From the NCBI GenBank assembly GCA_977017645.1, contig OZ360227.1:102734001-102798000 (forward strand): a DNA stretch of 64,000 nucleotides, read 5' to 3'. The notes under the pieces are model-generated. The model searched no databases. It had not been told where the DNA came from and worked only from the letters and a program-made list of their open reading frames with translations. A program made the translations under genes and the position numbers. Shown piece after piece: positions 1-13,319 of the stretch. Numbering within the stretch: the first letter of the stretch is position 1; every line of letters begins with the position of its first letter. This DNA comes from Torpedo marmorata (Eukaryota).

Positions 1-825
1 ACTCAAGTGTCTCAATGCAACCTGCTGGGTTCTTCCGGTTTTACTCTGCACCAAAGAGGCAATTAAATCCCTGACGGTTATGATTTGGGGCTGGGGCAGA
101 GGTGATAAAGACAGACAGTCAAGTCTGCACCAGCAGCATTTTGCAGTCGCATGATGGAGCACTCCTGCTCCTGCCAACTCTAGTTTTCAGGCCAGTTTTG
201 AATGGCATCCAGTAACTCTTTAAGGTTTGCTAGAGAGGCAGCTTGAGACTTGAAAATGTCAACTAGATCTTATACATTGCAAGATCTGAATAGGGCAAAC
301 CAATTTGACAGTCCGGGCCTTAAAAGATGTCAGGACCTTACTGCAGGCCACTGCCCATACCACCCATATAAAAAAAAACTCTTTCCAGTTTCAATGCTCA
401 ACAGACAAGTCTTAGCCCTATGCTCTGCTTTATTAGTTATCACCAATTTAAGCCCATAAATTTAGACCAATCATCTCTCTAAATTTATCCAGAGAACCAG
501 GTAGTACAGAATAATGATGATGTTATGCAACTATTGCTAGTTCAAATTTATCCTCTTATTCCTATGTTATCCAAGGATATTTTCACCACAAAACCTACGG
601 AGCTCCCAAGCTCCAAATCCATTTTCTGGGAGGAAATTGAGAACTACATATTGCAAACATACAATCACTCTTAATGGAGTGGTGCATTTGGATCCCAAGG
701 ACCTGGTGTTTAATAATATTCTGGGAAAGGTAAAAAGTCATGAGTCATGCACACTTGTTAACTGGGCCAAACAGTTGAAATGTGAGCACCTTCCTGTAAA
801 GAAAAAGCTTATGTTGAATCTTATT

Positions 826-1940
826 TTCAAGTTCAAGTTTATGGTCATCTGATTGTACATATATATACAACATGATGAAACAATGCATCTCTGGACTATA
901 CTGCACACATGCAGACACACAGTACACCATACAGTCAAACGACATATAAACGTAGCAATCTTCTCAGTAGTTTTAATCACCCTCCGTACTGATCTTCAAT
1001 CTGATGCTTTGCAGCTATGATGCAGCCAGCCAGGACACCACTGTGCCCCTGTAGAATGTTGTTAGGATGGTAGCCTTGCCCACCTCAACCTCCTTAGGAA
1101 GTGTAGGCGCTGCTGTACTTTCCTGACTAATGAGGAGCTGTTGTGCGTCCAGGATAGTTCGTCCTTTAAATGGACACCAAGGAACTTCATGCTTCCCATT
1201 TTCTTCACGACAGAGCCATTGATAAGTAGTGGAGAGTGCTTTGTCCTCCTGAAGTTCATAATCATCTCCTTTGTCTTGTCCACATTGAGACTCAGGTTTT
1301 TTTTTAGATATACAGCACGGTAACAGGCCATTTCGGCCCACGAGTCCGTGCCGCCCAATTTACACCCAATTAACCTACACCCCCAGGATGTTTCGAACGG
1401 TGGGAGGAAACCAGAGCCCCCAGGGAAAACCCACGCAGACAAGGGGAGAACAGCGTGGGATTCGAACCCCGGTCCTGTAAAGGCGTTGCGCTAACCGCTT
1501 CGCCAACCGTGCCGCCACTGGTTGTTGCTCTTGCACCACTGTACAAGCTTTTAAACCTCCTCTCTGTAAGCCGACTCCTCATTGTTGACAACTACCGTTA
1601 TGTCATTCGCAAAGAATGATTCTGTTGGAGCTGAACCTGGCAGTACAGTCATGAATTAGCAGCATGAACAGTAGCGGGCTGAGCGTGCAGCCCTGAGGTG
1701 CGCCAGTGCTCAGTGAGATGGGGCTTGAGGTTTTGCTGCCAACCTGGACAGACTGTGGTCTTTCAATCAAGAAGTCCAGGATCCAGTTGCAGAGAGGGGT
1801 ACTGAGTCCCAGTGAGGACAGGTTATCCACCAGCCTCTGAGGTATGATTGTGTTGAACGCCGAGCTGAAGTCAATGAAAAACAGCCTGGCGTATGAGGCA
1901 TCGTTCTCCAGGTGGGTCTGAACGGAGTGGAGGTTCTTAA
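826..1940 (-). mobile_element. Rex1/Babar-clade LINE, 5'-truncated and degraded (RT C-terminal half plus 3' tail), interrupted by a SINE
   Basis: Minus ORFs give [18 protein letters not shown]...[13 protein letters not shown] and LNVDKTKEMIMNFRR...KFLGVHLKDELSW...QRLHFLRRL, typical Rex1-type RT motifs. A short (ACTTGA)n-like tail lies at ~826-840. Confidence 0.85.
1297..1516 (-). mobile_element. tRNA-derived V-SINE/HE1-like SINE nested in the Rex1 LINE
   Basis: The minus strand has a Pol III A box (TGGCGAAGCGG), a B box (GGTTCGAATCC), the V-domain-like GCGTGGGTTTTCCCTGGGGGCTCTGGTTTCCTCCCAC, a CR1-like 3' tail and an A-tail. The LINE sequence ctcaggtt|gttgctc resumes after it. Confidence 0.85.
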
Positions 1941-2519
1941 CATGGATATCAAAGTTTGAAGTCCAGTCCTTGGATGAAGTTCTGGGATTCTGCCTTTTAC
2001 TGAATAAGACTTCCAAGAGAAAGAGAGAAACAATCTATTTGCAAGAATCAAATCATACATTTTTATAAAAAAAAGACTGCCTGCAGTTAAGGATTTTTGT
2101 AAGTCATGGATGTATTGCGTGGAGCTGATCCAACTTTGACGATCCCAGAATAAAAGATTTTATTTAAAATATAATTTATACACTTCAACATACCACAATT
2201 CAATTTTTGCTGTGTCATATCAAAAAAGATCATGGTTTGAAAGAATAAGATATTTATAAAAAAAGTAAAAGACATGATGTCATCTTGCCCAATTCACAAG
2301 ATTTTGAATATATTTTTACCATTAAAAAGACTGAAATTTAACTTGTTGAGTTTGTAAATTTATGGCGTCAAAAATTATATTTAGGAATATTGAAAAAAAT
2401 GGGGACGTTGAAGAAGGATAATTTACATGATCGCAGGCTTGCAAACTGATAACAAAGACACTGTCTCTATGTTAACACTGCCGATTAGGTCAAGTTTTTA
2501 CCCTCTGAGCTCTTTTCCT

Positions 2520-2673
2520 NNNNNNNNNNNNNNNNNNNNNNNNNNNNNNNNNNNNNNNNNNNNNNNNNNNNNNNNNNNNNNNNNNNNNNNNNNNNNNNNN
2601 NNNNNNNNNNNNNNNNNNNNNNNNNNNNNNNNNNNNNNNNNNNNNNNNNNNNNNNNNNNNNNNNNNNNNNNNN
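2520..2673. other. Assembly gap (154 N)
   Basis: Run of N. Confidence 1.
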
Positions 2674-5234
2674 GATGGACAGAACTGGATGCTACTAATC
2701 AGCACTGTCTGTAGTTGGTGTCATATCACATGACACGGTAACCCATGGTTACTGAATAAAAGTTACCATTAGCAAGTCAATTTTTCCAATGTGTTCACTG
2801 TAAATATTGGACCACAGTCCAATAGACCCTTACAAAAGGTAATATATTTACAAGTAAGTATTTAAAATATATTAAATTGTAACAAAACAAATTCCTCCTT
2901 AAAAAAATTGAGCTTTTGTTTGGAAATCAATTACTGTATAATTGTAATATCCATTCATAATTTTAGTTTATGGCAGTCATTGTGATATATTAAAACTTGA
3001 TATGAAACATAAAACTGGAATTCAAATCAAGGATATAACTTATGGAGAGAATCGCGTTAAACAGTCACACCTCAAATTTATTGGATACTAAATTACAACA
3101 CACAAGAGAAACTTACAGAAGAATGAGAATTAAAAGTTTTCATATATTCCAAAATATACAATTATTTCATCAATCATTTGAAAAAAACCTGATGGCATTT
3201 TACATGCAATTTTTAAAGAACAATATAACAAGTATTTTATTTTTCATTTTGAGTACTCAGATGACAGATACTTCAATAAGGTATGCAAGTCAGTTCAGAT
3301 AAATGATCCATTTCCATAAATGTACATCATTAAAATTGAGATATTGTGCACAGCTTGGATAATTCCTAACCGCAATGCTCAGGAGTTAACATCCTAAAAT
3401 GCCATGGACGAAAGTGACTTCTGTTGTAAATTTTCCATACATTTGATTTTTATTATTAGACATAATATAGTTTGAAAACTGGCCTTGCTAAAATGTTGCA
3501 CAAAATAAGTTAATGAACAAAATGACATAAATGAAATTTTTTTACAATTCCAAAATTTGTAGAATTCTTTGTAAGTGATTTTCAAAATGATGCCTGCTAG
3601 AAAACACTAATGCAGTTCATTGAAATTAAAACAAACCAATATCAATGGTATATAATATTTTAAAAATGTAATGTTGGCATCTTATAATGTGTGCTTGAAA
3701 TAGTGTGTGATTATTACATATCATATGCTAATTGCAGTTCATTAATGTTAAACCTTAATGGCACCAGACCCCAGTTAATGGGCTGTAAAGCTTCTGCAGC
3801 GAGACACAACAAATAAAAACAAGTTAATGAAGTCACCCATTGAAACTTCATTGCATTACCAAAAAAACATGATTCCTTACAGCTTATTTGTGGTTACTAC
3901 AAACATCCCAAAACAATATACATGTAGTTAGTTATTTCTTCCATGAAAAAGTCACAAAATGTAGCTTTAAATTAACTTTATCAATATTACATTTTAAATA
4001 TTATGAAGATGCTTTAGGCAATTCTGCTTTTTGTGAGTTTTGTATAATCGCCACCTCATATTTAAAATACTATGGAAGATGTCTCCATTTTATTAACTTG
4101 GCACTGCTGATGAATATTGAACTATTGAGATATAGATCCCAATTGTCTCAATATTGTTAGCTGTTCCATCCATAATGTAAGATAATAGCTTACATTCATT
4201 TATGATTTCTATTCTTATTTACTTAAGCTAAAATGAATGGAATTTGGAGTGTATTTTCTATTTCCTTTCTATTGAGGGTCTATGCTGCTATGACTTCAAT
4301 GTGCAAGTTAAAAAAACACAATAAGAATCGAGTCCAGTTTTATTGTTGTACCATTAAATTTATGGGTGTCTTTCATCTTGAAATTAAACAACTCACAACA
4401 AAACAGCAGCTTGCTTAGATATTAAATAGCTTAAATGGTAATAAAATTTCAAAATGCTCCCGGATCATTTCTCTCCATGCAGATTCCTGACAGAGATATG
4501 CTGCTGAGATTGGCCTGTTGTTCTAATTCCAACAGTAAGCAGGAAGTCACTGCAGTCTAGAAAATGTAACATGTCTGAAAGGGGCCAGTTTGTGCAAGGT
4601 ACCCAAGTACATGTTACACATGGAGGACTGCATCCAATTTATGGAAATACACCATGAGCACACTAAGCCTCCAATCACACATAGGGGACTCTGACATGTA
4701 GCAGAAAGCAAAGACGAATCAAAATGTACATAAAATTTATATTACAAGAGTTGCAGTGTTGTAAAATAAAATTACATTATATAATTCTATTTATAATTTC
4801 CCACGAAAACTCCATTTTCATTTAATCTGTGGCTCAAAAAACTAATGTATTTGCTAGAAAATCAGTAGATCGCCTCAAAGTAGCACCAGCATTTATTTTA
4901 TATAAAAATGTGAACTAATTTGTTTTCACAATTTCTTTCTGAAGATAAAATTGTTGTATCCCATTACTGGTCTGTTACATAGAGCATATTTGAATGGAAA
5001 TCAATAATTTAGCCTTTCTGATACTACTCTGCCTTTCAACTATTTTGTTTTGTTCTTAGCTCAGCTGCATGCATGACCCTTAATACTCTAAACTAAAATA
5101 AATTTATTAATCTCTCAAAAAAGATTTTTGAGATAGGGTGTGTTGGCATATTGGGGTGGGGGAGGTAGGTGATTGGGGTAGGGATTGTTTACAATTCCAA
5201 ATTTCAAAATTTTTATGCAAAGGTTCATCTCCTA

Positions 5235-7497
5235 TCCAGAATTCATATCGTGGATCAAATTGATCTACCACTCCCCTCAGGCTTCAGTATCTACTAATAA
5301 TCTAAGATCTGATCCTTTTAGATTGTTTCGTGGCACGAGGCAAGGTTGCCCACTTAGCCCTTTATTATTTGACCTGGTATTAGAACCATTGGCTATTGCA
5401 TTTCGGGACTCAGTAAATATTTCAGGCATTCGAAGGGGGACAAAAATCATAAAGTTTCACTTTATGCTGATGATTTGTTATTATATATCTCACATCCGGA
5501 ATGTTCCATACCTGCTATGTTAAATTTATTATCAAACTTTGGTATCTTTTCAGGTTACAAGCTTAACTTGCACAAAAGTGAACTTTTTCCCTTGAATGGT
5601 TCTGTTCCTATCTATGATAATATTCCATTTAAAATAGTGAGGGGATCTTTCACCTGTTTAGGAGTTAAAGTTTCTAAAATATTTAAAGATCTTTTCAAAG
5701 AAAACTTCAGTCCTCTGTTTAGACAGGTGAAAGAGACCTTATCTAAATGGTCCCCCCTTTCTATGACACTTGTTGGTAGAATTAACGTCATTAAAATGAA
5801 TGTTCTGCCTACATTTTTATATTTATTCCAGGCAATTCCGATTTTTATACCAAATAAATTTTTTGACTCGGTTGAATCTATTATCTCTTCGTATGTTTGG
5901 AACAACAAGATTCCAAGGTTAAATAAATCTCATTTACAAAAATCAAAAATAGATGGGGGCTTTGCTTTGCCTAACCTGAGACATTATTATTGGGCTATTG
6001 ATATTAAATATATTATTTTCTGGATTCATTACATAGATAAATCGGACGGCCCAGAATGGACATCCATGGAGCTGAAAGGTTTTAACAAATTTGCTCTGGC
6101 TACATTACTTGGTGCTTCCCTTCCGTTTTCTTTGGTAAAGGCGAATAAATTAATAGGCAGTTCGGTGTCAAAAATTCATTATGAATTTGGTTTCAATTCA
6201 GGCGCTGTTTTGAACTGAAAATTTTTTCTTTATCCGCTCCGATTATTAATAATTTATTTTTTCCTCCATCTTGCCTTGATTGTGTTTTTCATAAATGGAA
6301 AGAAAAGGATATCACTTCATTTTTTGACTTATTTGTAGACGGCTGTTTTATGACTTTTAAGCATTTGTCACATAAATTTAATCTCCCTAATTTCCATTTT
6401 TTTTAGATACTTACAAGTTAGAGATTTTCTGAGAAACCAAGTTACTACTTTTCCGTTCTCCCATGATAGTAATTGTATTGACTTATTTTTTCGGTTAAAT
6501 CCTTGTCCAAATGGTTTAATAGGATTCATTTATGGATTAATTTCTAAAATACGTTGCTTTTCTATGAATAAAATTAAGAGTGCTTGGCAGAGCGATTTAC
6601 AAATGATTCTTTCCAAGGATATATGGACCAAGTGTTTAAAATTTGTCCATTCCTCTTCCATTTGTGCAAGTCATTCACTTATTCAATTCAAGATAGTACA
6701 TAGAGCACATTTATCCAAAGATAAATTAGCTAAGATTTTTCCCACTATCAACCCTTTATGTGACAGGTGTCGTAATGGGGTTGCTTCCTTATTTCATATG
6801 TTTTGGTCCTGTTCAGCATTAGATCACTATTGGAAGGAAAATTTTAATGCACTTTCCCATATTTTCTCGGTTACTATTCAACCTCATCCTATTACAGCTT
6901 TATTTGGTGTGGTGATAGATTATCGGTGTCGGATTGCCACGTGATAGCTTTTGCCACTTTAATGGTTAGAAGATCTATTTTGCTAAGATGGAAGGACTCT
7001 ATCCCTCCCAGTTATGCACAATGGATCACCCAAACCTTATCATGCTTGAACCTAGAGAAGATTAGATGTAATGTTTTGAAAACTGAAGTTAAGTTTGATA
7101 AAATGTGGCACACTTTTATGGAATATTTTAATGTTTAATGAATAATACAGTGGTTTACTATTTTGTATATAATATACAAAACGTTTATAATCTCTTCCTG
7201 AACGTACTTATTTACATATAAGGCAATTCTCCAACGTACTGTTACTGTTACCCTTTTGGTGGTTTAAGGCGTCCCAGCGGCTTTTTTCTTTTTAGTTTAG
7301 GGGCTATAGATTTAGGAATAGTTAGTTACAGTCTTTTTCTTTTGTTTATCATTAGTTGCGACGTTTATTTTTATTCTAGGATACATTGTATTTACTCTGT
7401 ACCTGTACAGTACATTTTTCTTGTTCTTACATTTTTTGTTGTATATATATATATATATATATAAAATTCAATAAAAAGAATATAAAAGAAAAAAAAA
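5235..7497 (+). mobile_element. L1-clade LINE, 5'-truncated ORF2 pseudogene with 3' UTR and A-tail
   Basis: Frameshifted ORFs contain GTRQGCPLSPLLF, GYKLNLHKSE, GRINVIKMNVLP and the C-terminal CDRC...HMFWSC. AATAAA and an A-rich tail lie at ~7470-7497. A 12-bp TSD GTTCATCTCCTA is at 5223-5234 and 7498-7509. Confidence 0.93.
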
Positions 7498-7599
7498 GTT
7501 CATCTCCTAAATGGTCTAGCTTTATTTTTTTCAAATATCCCCCTCAATCTTAGTTTCCTCGATCATGCCAATTGTGTGCCATTTAGGAACTTGCCTGAG

Positions 7600-8650
7600 C
7601 AGACAAAAAATTGCTGGAGGAACTCAGCAGGTCAGACAATATCCATGGGTACAAATGGTCGGTCAACTTTTCAGGTCTGAACCCTTTATCAAGTCTAAGA
7701 TTAAATCAGCAAAATTGCATACATAAAGGAAGAAAGGAGCAGGGGGAGGGTGTAAAGGTTCAAACTAGTGTTTTGACTCTTAGTTAATTAGTTCTGTCCG
7801 AGATTATCTCAGACAGAAGGCCTGGGAGTGGAGAGACAGGTTGAGGGAGAAACCATTAGAAGAGGGGAAGAAAAGTTAAATAGAAAAACATAAAGTAAGT
7901 ACAGGAGTAGCTAAAGGAAAGATGAAACAGTGGAGTCAGATATGCGTGGGAGCTACCTAAAATTAGAAAAATCATTGTTTATGCTGATAGGATAAAGGCT
8001 GACCAGGAGGAATATCACAAGATTACAAGATCACAAGATATAGGAGCAGAAGTAGGCCCATTGGCCCATCGAGTCTGCTTCGCCATTCTAATCATGAGCT
8101 GATCCATCCACTCACTCAGCCCCACTCCCCGGCTTTCTCCCCGCAACCCTTGATGCCCTGACTGTTCAAATACCTGTCAATCTCTGCCTTAAATACATCC
8201 AACAACCTTGCTTCCACAGCCACCTGTGGCAACAAGTTCCACAGACTCACGACCCTCTGACTAAAGAAATTTTTCCGCATCTCTGTTTTAAATTGACGCT
8301 CTTTTATCCTGAAATTATGCCCTCTTGTCCTAGAATCCCCAACCATGGGAAACATCCTTGCCACATCTACTCTGTCCAGGCCTTTCAGCATTCAAAATGC
8401 CTCTATGAGGTCCCCCCTCATCCTTCCGTACTCCAACAAGTACAGTCCAAGAGCCAACAATCGTTCCTCATATACTAACCCTTTCATTCCTGGTATCATT
8501 CTAGTAAATTTTCTCTAAATTCTCTCCAATGCCAGCACGTCTTTTCTCAAATACAGCACCCAAAACTGTACACTGTACTCCAAGTGAGATCTCACCAGTG
8601 CAATATGATGAGTTGTTCCTCTAGTTTACATTTGGCCTCACCCTGACAAA
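7600..8650 (-). mobile_element. Degraded Penelope-like 3' fragment, split by a CR1 insertion
   Basis: It shares TGCTGGAGGAACTCAGCAGGTC and the GGAATATGA..TTGTTCCTC segment with the Penelope copies at 17.7 kb and 20.6 kb. Confidence 0.65.
8016..8601 (-). mobile_element. CR1-clade LINE 3' fragment
   Basis: Minus ORF KGLDRVD...SRTRGHNFRIK...FFSQRVVSLWNLLP...FKAEIDRYL is the CR1 ORF2 C-terminus. It has a (TCTTGTGA)n-like microsatellite tail and an AATAT duplication at 8011-8015 and 8602-8606. Confidence 0.9.
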
Positions 8651-9299
8651 CCTGAGGAACAATGGATCATATTCCTCACCAGCTGCCCGCTTTTTGTTCA
8701 CAAAATAAAGGATTGACAAATACTCCCATTCCATCACTACTCTAATTACCTCAACTTGTTCATGAATCAATCATAAACAAACAGGTAACTCAAACAACTC
8801 CTCTTCCATTCGATATTGTGGTTTGGACTTTTTCTCATCTCTGGCATTTGTGAAAGTGGTCTTTTTAGGCCCTGTTTAGACATCTCCTTCTGCTAAACCC
8901 ATGGTTACAATGCCAAATTAAGTAACTTCTTTGAAGGTATTTAGACTATTCCTTTTCTTCATCCCAGCATACATGGTGTGTTTATTTTATTTCTCCAGAA
9001 GAAATACGTCAGGAGCACAAGCTGTTGATTTTAGAGCTCCACTCAAAAGCCACCTATTGAAGTTGTCCCAACATCCTTCTGTTCTTCCTTTAATTGCCTG
9101 CTTCACCATGGACTTCATTTTCATCACAGGGTTAAAATGGGAGATAGTCAATGCTTAAAGGAATGAAAGCTTAGGTTTAACGTACAAAATTATGACAAGG
9201 CTAGATAGACTGGATGGATGCAAGGAAAATGTTTTAGGGGTTGCAATTTCAGGGCAAGAGATTTAGGCCTGAGGTGAGGAGAAATATCTTCCTAGGTAG

Positions 9300-9860
9300 T
9301 CCCACAGAATCGAACATGACTTGATTCCACTCTAGTTTTGTGGATAGCTAATGTAGAAACTGCAAACCCCTCCACAGATGGGGCAGGAGGTAGCTGATGC
9401 AGTGGGATTTGTGGGATGATGATTTCCTTCTGCAGAGTAGGGCAGCTATGTACTCTTGCTGCATGTACTTGAGATTCTCAATGCCATTCTGAATGTTCCT
9501 TCTCCACTTTGAACAATCATGGGCCAGACATTTCTTTAGGAAGCTTTAAGAACATATTTAGATTTTTTTGCTCTGCATGGGAATCTTGAAATAGAGAGTC
9601 TGTTACAGAAATCTATAATCAGGCATGCAAACAAGAGGCCTGTCCAACATAGCCCACTGAGTGCATCTAGCACCTTCATGCTGCAGATGTTGGCCTGAGG
9701 AGGACACTGACATTGCTTCATTGCTTTTTTCTCCTAATAGAGACTTTGGAGGACTTTGCAGAGGCATTTTTTTCCAGTGCCATTCTGATGTAGCTATTCC
9801 AGGTCTGAGAAGCATAGAAATGGACAGGAATCATTGTTGTCTTATAAACCATGACTTTTA
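9300..9860 (-). mobile_element. Highly degraded RTE-like LINE fragment
   Basis: Minus frames contain QANICSM, VCMPDYRFL and KYVLKAS, resembling RTE ORF2 C-terminal motifs. Confidence 0.45.
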
Positions 9861-9864
9861 TAGA

Positions 9865-10020
9865 GAAACACATGAGAATGCAGATGCTGGAATCTTGAGT
9901 AAACAAAGAAAAGCTGTAGGGACTCAGGAGGTCAGGCTGCATTCTTGGAGAGAAATGGACAGTCAACATTTCGGGTCAGGACCCTTTATCAAGACCAGGG
10001 TAGGAAGGGGAGCAAGCAAG
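9865..10020 (-). mobile_element. Penelope-type 3' tail remnant with a degenerate hammerhead-like motif
   Basis: The minus strand reads GGTC TTGATAA AGGGTCCTGACCC GAAATGTT GACT. Confidence 0.55.
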
Positions 10021-11952
10021 CACAAAAATGAGGTCTGAGGATGGGCCACCAGATACTGGAGAAATCAGGTGGGGTATTTGCAGTGGGGAGGGTCTCCTCT
10101 CCTACCTGTCTCCTCATTCTACCACTCCCATCTTCATTTGTCCAGTGTTTTATTCCCTCCACAGCCTTCCTTTCCTCTCTAGGTTTCACACCATCCTGAC
10201 TTCAATATGTATTACCATTCTTTTATTGACACTAAGTCTAAATCCTAAGAACTCCTGCTCCAGGAGTAGAATGGAAATACCTTCACCAGAACTGCCAAGG
10301 TCCAAGAAAATAACTCACTGCCATCTTCCCAGGGGTAATATGGATACAATATAAATGCTGGCTTTGCTAGCAACACCTACATCACACATAATCATTAAAA
10401 AATAAAGAGATTAATTTATGTAGTGCATTTAAGCACTACAGGATGATTTTTTATCATTAAAATGATTGCAATGATTTGTAAATTTATAGCAAACATGATG
10501 AGTGCAGAAAAAGATTATTAATTGCTAATTTCTGTGCACTTTGTGTGCTTTTACACTATACACAAATGGGTGATGTTAGTCAGCATGCAGCACCCAATTG
10601 TGAAACTCTGAAACAGAATCAAGATTTGAATGCAGGAGATATGAGGATATGTATTTAACACTGCATTGACCATGCAACCATGCATAGAAAGGCAGGTCTG
10701 AATAGCAGGGGAAAGACTTGTACCAGAGCTGTTTAATTACTTTATGATTTGTTGGTGAATGACTTGGAAAATACTCATTACATTAAATTGGGCTAAAAGC
10801 TGCTGCTGGATGTCTTTTTCAGTGTTTCAGAGAAAGGTAGGCTAAACAATGAGTTTGCATTGCTGCATGATACAGTAGCCTTATTGGAGGAGGAGAGCCA
10901 GGGACAAGACCTAATTGGCAAAGGAGACTATGGAATGAGAGCAATTGAGCACTAGCTAGCATGGGCTTTCTCTCAAGAATTGTCTGAGAAGATTGCTCCT
11001 ACTTCCAATTGTTTGAGGATCAAAAGTAATAGAATAAATCATAAATGGCAGATCTGTTGCCTTCTGCAGGCAGAGCTCAGGCTATGCTTTTGCTGCTCCA
11101 CCTGCAGAGGTGATTGCCATCACAACCCCTCCCCAGGTTATGAACACCCGATTTACGGATACCCGGACACATAAACGAGCTGCAACAGTCAGGGGCTGGG
11201 TCAAGTTGAGCAGAGCTGGGAGCGCTGAGCAGACTTACTGCTCACTCACTGGATCAGTGAGGCCACCTGATGACCACTCTTTCATGCCTCCTGTCACAGT
11301 TGAATCTCTCCCAAACACTGTTTCTGTTCATTTACAACTTATAAAAGATTCAGGTTGCAAACAGTTTCAGGAACGGAACTCTTACATGACCTCAAGAGTG
11401 GGCCAGAAGTGTCAGAAGCTTCAAATGACCCAGTGAGGGCCATTCAACCATCTCTAAAACTCATGCCAGGGTTTCAAAAATGTCCTCAACCGGCGCAGAG
11501 CCACCAAACAATTCTTTCCAATTGCCGCAAATGCAAAGATGCAAAATATGTTTTAATTTTGCGCATGTGACGACAGTCCAGAAATCAATGAACAAAGCTT
11601 CACCCAATTCAGCACAAAGCAAACAATTGCACCCACAACCCCAAGAACCTCTCAAAATTTGCTCTTTGGTCCAACATTGGGTATGTTTTTCCATTTAGGT
11701 GGTAGCAACTCATGAGGAGTGTCACAAGGCAAGGCATCAGCAAGAAGCACCACAAAAAGCCAAGGACACTTATCACTTGAATAATGTAATATTATCCATG
11801 GTGGAACCTATTCTGTATTGACATTGGAAAATGTACTTCACTCCGCCTGTGTGCTCATTTATTTACTATTTAAGAGATGCTTCTTACCATACAAACAGCA
11901 GCAATATCAGAATTCCCTCACACAACTGCCAAATGATGAGATAACCACTCCT

Positions 11953-12094
11953 TTGAAGAAGGGCTCAAGCCCGAAACGTCGGTTATGTATTTCTTCCTTT
12001 GCTACATAAAGGACACTGTTTGACCTGCTGAGTTCTCCAGCTTTTGTGTTTTTTACTCTAACCACGGTGTCTACAGATTTTCGTGTTTACTTCT
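11953..12094 (+). mobile_element. 142-bp Penelope 3'-tail insertion beginning at a hammerhead-like core
   Basis: Near-identical to the reverse complement of 20551-20692. A 14-bp TSD AGATAACCACTCCT is at 11939-11952 and 12095-12108. Confidence 0.9.
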
Positions 12095-12440
12095 AGATAA
12101 CCACTCCTCATCATCCTCAATGGTAAATAAGGATGAACAATAAATCCAGATTGCTCAGCAACAGCCAACAATTATAAGTGATAATGGACAAAGAAAAACC
12201 ACCCAGATCCCCACTGTGACATTGTTCCCACCTCTCCATTACTTATCATCTGAGTGTTCTTCAGCATGAACCATTTCAGGCAAATCAACATCCAACCAAT
12301 ACAGTTGGTCAACGGACATCCAGATGCTTTACCTGACTGCCTGTCTCATGCATGCCTTTGATGGTTCTACTATTTCCACAAAGTGACTCCAAATAGCTGC
12401 AAGCAAGCTGCTGCAGTTACTATAGTTTGCAGATAGCTAT

Positions 12441-12657
12441 GGGGGCACCATGGTTAGTACAGCACCAGCGACCCGGGTTCAAATCCATCGTTGTCTGTAC
12501 ATTCTCCCCATGTCCGCATGAATTCCCTCTGGGTGCTCTGGTTTCCTCACAAATTGCAAAGATGTACGGAGTTATAGGTTAATTGGTCACATAGGTGTAT
12601 TTGGGCAGCACAGGCGGGAGGGGCCTGTTATCATGCTGTACATGTTAATTAAATAAA
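12441..12657 (+). mobile_element. V-SINE/HE1-like SINE, older copy
   Basis: B box GGTTCAAATCC, V-domain-like GGGTGCTCTGGTTTCCTC and the GGGCCTGTTATCATGCTGTA tail. Confidence 0.75.
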
Positions 12658-12734
12658 TGTTTAAGAATGAGATAAGGGTGGCCACAAGCAGGAGCCAGGA
12701 CAGTGGCAGAATGTCAGTATGGTGAGATGATGAA

Positions 12735-13293
12735 TGTGCTTTCCTGAGAAATGACACGGTTCATCCCTAGCAGAAGCGTGACAGAGGAGTCTTTGATTTA
12801 TGGGCTATTCCTGAAAACGGACACAGAGATAGACATCCAGTGCTGCAGGTAGATCATCAACTCAGTGAAAGATGCTCTTTGGTCTGACTGAAACTTGTTA
12901 GTCTTCCAGCACAGTGAGATGTCAGTGAAGGAATGCTGCCAACTGGTAAATTCTAGGCTGCAGGAGTATGTGCGGAGGGATGCATTGAGGATTGGGGCAG
13001 CCAATGCAAAGGCTTTGTGGGGAGAGACTATGGACCAGGATCCTTCTGCTACTGGGTATTGAGGGGCTGAGACTGGTGGGGAAGCCCCTCAAACAATTGA
13101 AGGGGGAGTAATCCCAGGGGGCCACATTAGTGGCAATGGTGCTATGTTGTATAATAATGGTTAATACTACAAAGTTGTTACTGTGCAGTAATGAAATGTA
13201 TAAACAAATATGATACTAAGAATGCAAAATGCTTAGCATTTTTGCTTAGTATATTTTTATTACTGTGAATAAAGTTTACTTTTGGAATAAAAA
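12735..13293 (+). mobile_element. Tx1-like (L1 clade) LINE 3' end
   Basis: One frame reads LIYGLF...IINSVKDALWS...LQEYVRRDALRIGAANAKALWG with stops, followed by a 3' UTR ending in AATAAA...AATAAAAA. Confidence 0.7.
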
Positions 13294-13319
13294 GCAGCTT
13301 CATTCTCCATGAAGCAACA

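Noticed and set aside
11120-11200. Tigger-like terminus (CCCCAGGTTATGAACACCCGATTTACGG)
   Set aside because: No matching second TIR or TA flanks were found; too weak to annotate.
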